From Octopus bimaculoides (taxonomy: Eukaryota), in the NCBI RefSeq assembly GCF_001194135.2, contig NC_068985.1:25443291-25507290 (forward strand): 64,000 nt of DNA. The letters are read 5' to 3'. Both the position numbers and the translations under genes were made by a program. Positions 1-64,000 of the stretch are shown here, piece by piece; the first letter of the stretch is position 1, and each line of letters starts with the position of its first letter. The notes beneath the pieces were generated by a model, which was not told the DNA's origin, did not search any database, and saw only the letters and a list, made by a program, of their open reading frames with translations.

Positions 1-139
1 TTAACAAAAATATATTTATATTTATATATATATATACAAATGCTTCTTAGAAATATCTGGAACAACAAAGATTTATATACACACAAACACACACATGCAT
101 ATATATTCATATAAATATATTTTTGTTATATATATATGA

Positions 140-770
140 TAGGTACCCAAAAGAAACTGGAATTTTGTAATATTTTATTCACTTAGTTTTACATGTCTAC
201 ACTTTTATCGCCTTCAAAGTATTCTTTGTTTGAAGCAATGCATCGGTCCATATGCATTTTCCACTGTTTGAAGCAGTACTGGAACTCTTGTGAAGTGGTG
301 CCTTTTAACACATCTGTCGTTTTTTCTTCACCTCTTCCATATCTGCAAATTCCACAGTACCAACTTTCATCACCAGTGATGATCTTCAAAAAAAAGTCCA
401 GATCAACTTCCAATTGTTCTTTCAGTTCATGACACATATTTGTGCATGTCTGCTTTCAATCTTCTGTGAGCAAGTGAGGCACAAATTTTGTTGCAACTCT
501 TTTGAATTCCTCACTCAAAATTCGTTGGTGGGAGCTCTAGGACACACCAATCATATCAAGAAGTTCGGTATCAGTTCATGAATTATCATGTTTTCATTCA
601 TTTGGAAGGTTGACAGTTGCCTTAAATGAAGTTGGTCTTCAAGTAGTAAGTGACCATTCCTAAAGCATGAAAACCACACGTAAACTTGTTTCACTTATGG
701 CAGCGTCTTTGTAAGTTGTCTGAATCATGACAACTATTTCGACTGCTGATTCCCCACCAGAAAACAGAAT
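140..770 (-). mobile_element. Decayed, internally deleted mariner transposon
   Basis: ORF 189-437 has KIITGDESW (first catalytic D) joined to a C-terminal QWK...CIASNKEYFEGD. Decayed N-terminal HTH-like segment at about 450-740. Boundaries approximate. Confidence 0.8.
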
Positions 771-959
771 ACATACATACATTTGTAAATATGCAAATTT
801 TATTATATAATGCTGAGCATACATATTAATGTAAACATCTATGCATAATTTCTTAAGTATCGAAATATATACTACAATGAAGTAGGTTGAGAAATGGTCA
901 TAATCATATAGAAATCACAGAGTCAAATCCATCTTTACCTCTCACATCTGACTTTATGC

Positions 960-960
<1 letters not shown>

Positions 961-1039
<79 letters not shown>

Positions 1040-1090
1040 CATACATACATACATACATACATACATACATACATACACACATACACACAC

Positions 1091-1130
<40 letters not shown>
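961..1130. repeat. Compound microsatellite (TA)n(TACA)n(CA)n, representative of dozens in the window
   Basis: Directly visible. Similar tracts include (GA)n 37440-37517, (TG)n 47270-47350, (AAT)n 62633-62769, (CAT)n(GCA)n 19385-19457. Confidence 0.97.
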
Positions 1131-1132
<2 letters not shown>

Positions 1133-1134
<2 letters not shown>

Positions 1135-1994
1135 CGGATTGTCTGAAAAGTTCATAGGCAGAAACCAAGATACTTTCATAGAATGTGATCAAATGAGGTT
1201 CAGTTTTCAACATAGTTCCCCTTGCAGTCCATACACTTCTTCTATTAACATTGCAGTTATGATGTCATCATTATTGAGATAGTGGTTCTTAGCCAAGCAG
1301 TTTTTAATGTTGGGGAACAGATGATAGTCAGATGGGACCAAATTAAGATAACATGGATAGTGAAAAACCAATCCAAAGCCACAGTCACATACAGCAGCCA
1401 TAGAAACCAATGACTTGTGTGCTGGTGCATTGACCTCATGAACCAAACCCCTTTCATCAGTTTTTCTGGGCATTTGGTCTTGATAGCCTTTTGTAACTGT
1501 CTCAACACGCCAGCATAGTACTCTCCATTAATGGTGTGGTCCTTTTGAAGAAAGTCAATGAACACAATACCTTTTGCATCTCAAAAATTGTGACCATCAC
1601 CTTTGCTGTAGATTGTGGATGAAATGTTTTTGGCCTACTTTGTAGGTGAGGAGAGGTGTCTCTATTGCATGAAATGTCTCTTTGTCTCTGAATCAAAGTG
1701 ATGAAGCCAACACTCATTCTGGGTTAGGAAACATTCAAGCAAACCAGCTGGATCTGCCAAAAAACAATGTCAGATTTTGCCATGATGAGAAAGGCCTGGT
1801 GTGCTTTTGATCAGGTGTCAGAGGACATGGTATCCAACCAGCAAAAACCTTCATCATGCCAAGTTCATTGTGCACAATATTCTCAACTATCTCATGCAAT
1901 TATTAATAAGAAGAGTTGAAATTAATGCATACAAGATTTCGTGGCTCTAGCATCACTCCTTCATAGTCAGCCTGTGAACTTTTAAGCTCACCCT
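1133..1994 (-). mobile_element. Decayed mariner transposon with TIR remnants
   Basis: FIDFLQKDHTINGEYYAGVLRQLQKAIKTK, LVPSDYHLFPNIK and C-terminal [13 protein letters not shown]. aaaagttcataggc near 1147 is inverted as gcctgtgaactttt near 1971. Confidence 0.8.
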
Positions 1995-2386
1995 TGCATA
2001 TGTGTGTTTGTCTGTGTGTGAGTATGTGTGTGTATATGTGTATATAAGTGTGTGTGTGTGTCTATGTCCGTGTGTATGTGTCTGTGTGTGAGTCCATCTG
2101 TGTGTGTTTGTGTATGTGTGTGTATTACATCTGTATATTTAAGAAGTGTGAATATGCTTTAAAGCATGTAAGCATGAGAGGAAGTGTATTTTTTCTAAAA
2201 AGAAGTAGAATGTAGAATGATGCAATATCTATTTGGAAGCTGAAACACTGCTTCTTTGCCAGAGGATTTTAAAAGTGAAACTAAGAGTAGTGATTGTGAA
2301 GTCTCATCTTTCAATAAATATGTCTATGTGCATGTATATGAGTGTATATGATACATTGTTCACAAAAAGGTGAATCCAAATCTTAC

Positions 2387-62936
<60,550 letters not shown>

Positions 62937-63189
62937 CTGAAATACAAAGTAAAAATAGTTTAAAGTAAGAATTAAAACAATACATTTTTAAATGGAATCT
63001 TGTATCCTTTCACTCAAGTGATTATTATTTTTTGGTTCTTTGACCAACATTTTTAGACCAAATTCATAAAGATTTTAGATGTATTGTAATTTAAGCTTTT
63101 TATAGCAAATTGATCCCCAATTATATGCCAAATTCCATTCATAATATATTCAGAATAACCAATAAACGTTGTCTCAACTCTTTGTACAA

Positions 63190-64000
63190 TAATGCTTTTA
63201 TGTTTTGCTTTTATTTCTTTCTAGGTAAACTGACATCTGACTATTCAAAGAACACTTCAGAAGTAACTAGTAGTGAGTTCTCTTGAAAATGGACAAAATT
63301 CGGTCTCATAGTGTTATCAAGTACCTTCAGAAAAAGGGTTTTGTCCCCCAAGGACATACATGCTGATATGGTTTCTACATTAGGGGATGATACTCCAGCT
63401 TTATTAACAGTGCAAAATCGGGTAGTTGAATTTAGTAGGAAAAGGAAGAACCTTGAAGATGATCCTAAGTCTGGATGTCTTGTAATTGCCACCACTGAGA
63501 AAAACATTGTTCCTGTTTACCACATGGTGATGGATGAAAGGAGATTGACTATAAATCAAATAGCCAATGCTATTAGCATATCCCATGAGAGGATTGAGAA
63601 TATTCTACACAATGAACTTGGCATGATGAACGTTTCTTCTGATACCTGATCAAAAGCGCACTAGGCTGATCACATCACAGGAAAATATAACATTATTTGG
63701 AGCAGATCCAGCTGGTTTTCTTGAATGCTTCCTAACCCAGGGTGAGTGCTGACTTCATTACTTTGAGCCAGAGACAAAGAAACAATCCATGATGAAGAAA
63801 CACCTCCAAGGAAAGCCAAGGTTGTTTCACTTGCAGAGAAGGTGATGGCCTCAGTGTTTTGGGATGCAAAAGAGATAGCATTTGTTGACTATCTTCAAAA
63901 GGGTTATACCATCAATGGGGAGTACTATGCCAACTTGTTGAGACAGTTATGGAAAGCTATCAAGATCAAATGCTCAGGAAAACTGATGAAAGAGGTCTAG
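63190..64000 (+). mobile_element. Decayed mariner transposon, same family as 1133-1994, runs off the window end
   Basis: SPKDIHADMVSTLGDDTPA...LEDDPKSG...RRLTINQIANAISISHERIENILHNELGM, then VMASVFWDAKEIAFVDYLQKGYTINGEYYANLL. Confidence 0.88.

Noticed and set aside
887-1282. ORFs of YI/HT/CV/ER/LS repeats here and at many other sites (e.g. 18310, 29697, 36180, 47137, 58610)
   Set aside because: Translations of dinucleotide and tetranucleotide microsatellites.

Overview
AT-rich, microsatellite-dense animal genomic DNA with 5 assembly gaps. The repeat landscape looks like a coleoid cephalopod, probably Octopus (inference, not verified). The window lies inside one very large minus-strand gene. 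I traced 36 consecutive GT-AG, phase-0 coding exons (62936 down to 2387; 5556 nt, 1852 aa, no stop) encoding about 18 cadherin-like repeats. No start, signal peptide, transmembrane or cytoplasmic exon is in the window. Short (114-135 nt, B) and long (180-189 nt, A) exons alternate strictly, and two sequence classes alternate among them, so the repeat unit is a 4-exon, 2-domain module present 9 times. The canonical Ca2+-binding DxNDN and LDRE motifs are absent from every repeat. Introns hold Tc1/mariner relics (one full-length with TIRs and TA duplication), MITEs, RTE LINE fragments with a PHD finger inside the RT domain, an R4/Dong-like fragment in (TAA)n, tRNA-derived SINEs, an LTR-like element, two near-perfect long inverted repeats, and minimal hammerhead-ribozyme-like motifs of the Penelope-associated type.
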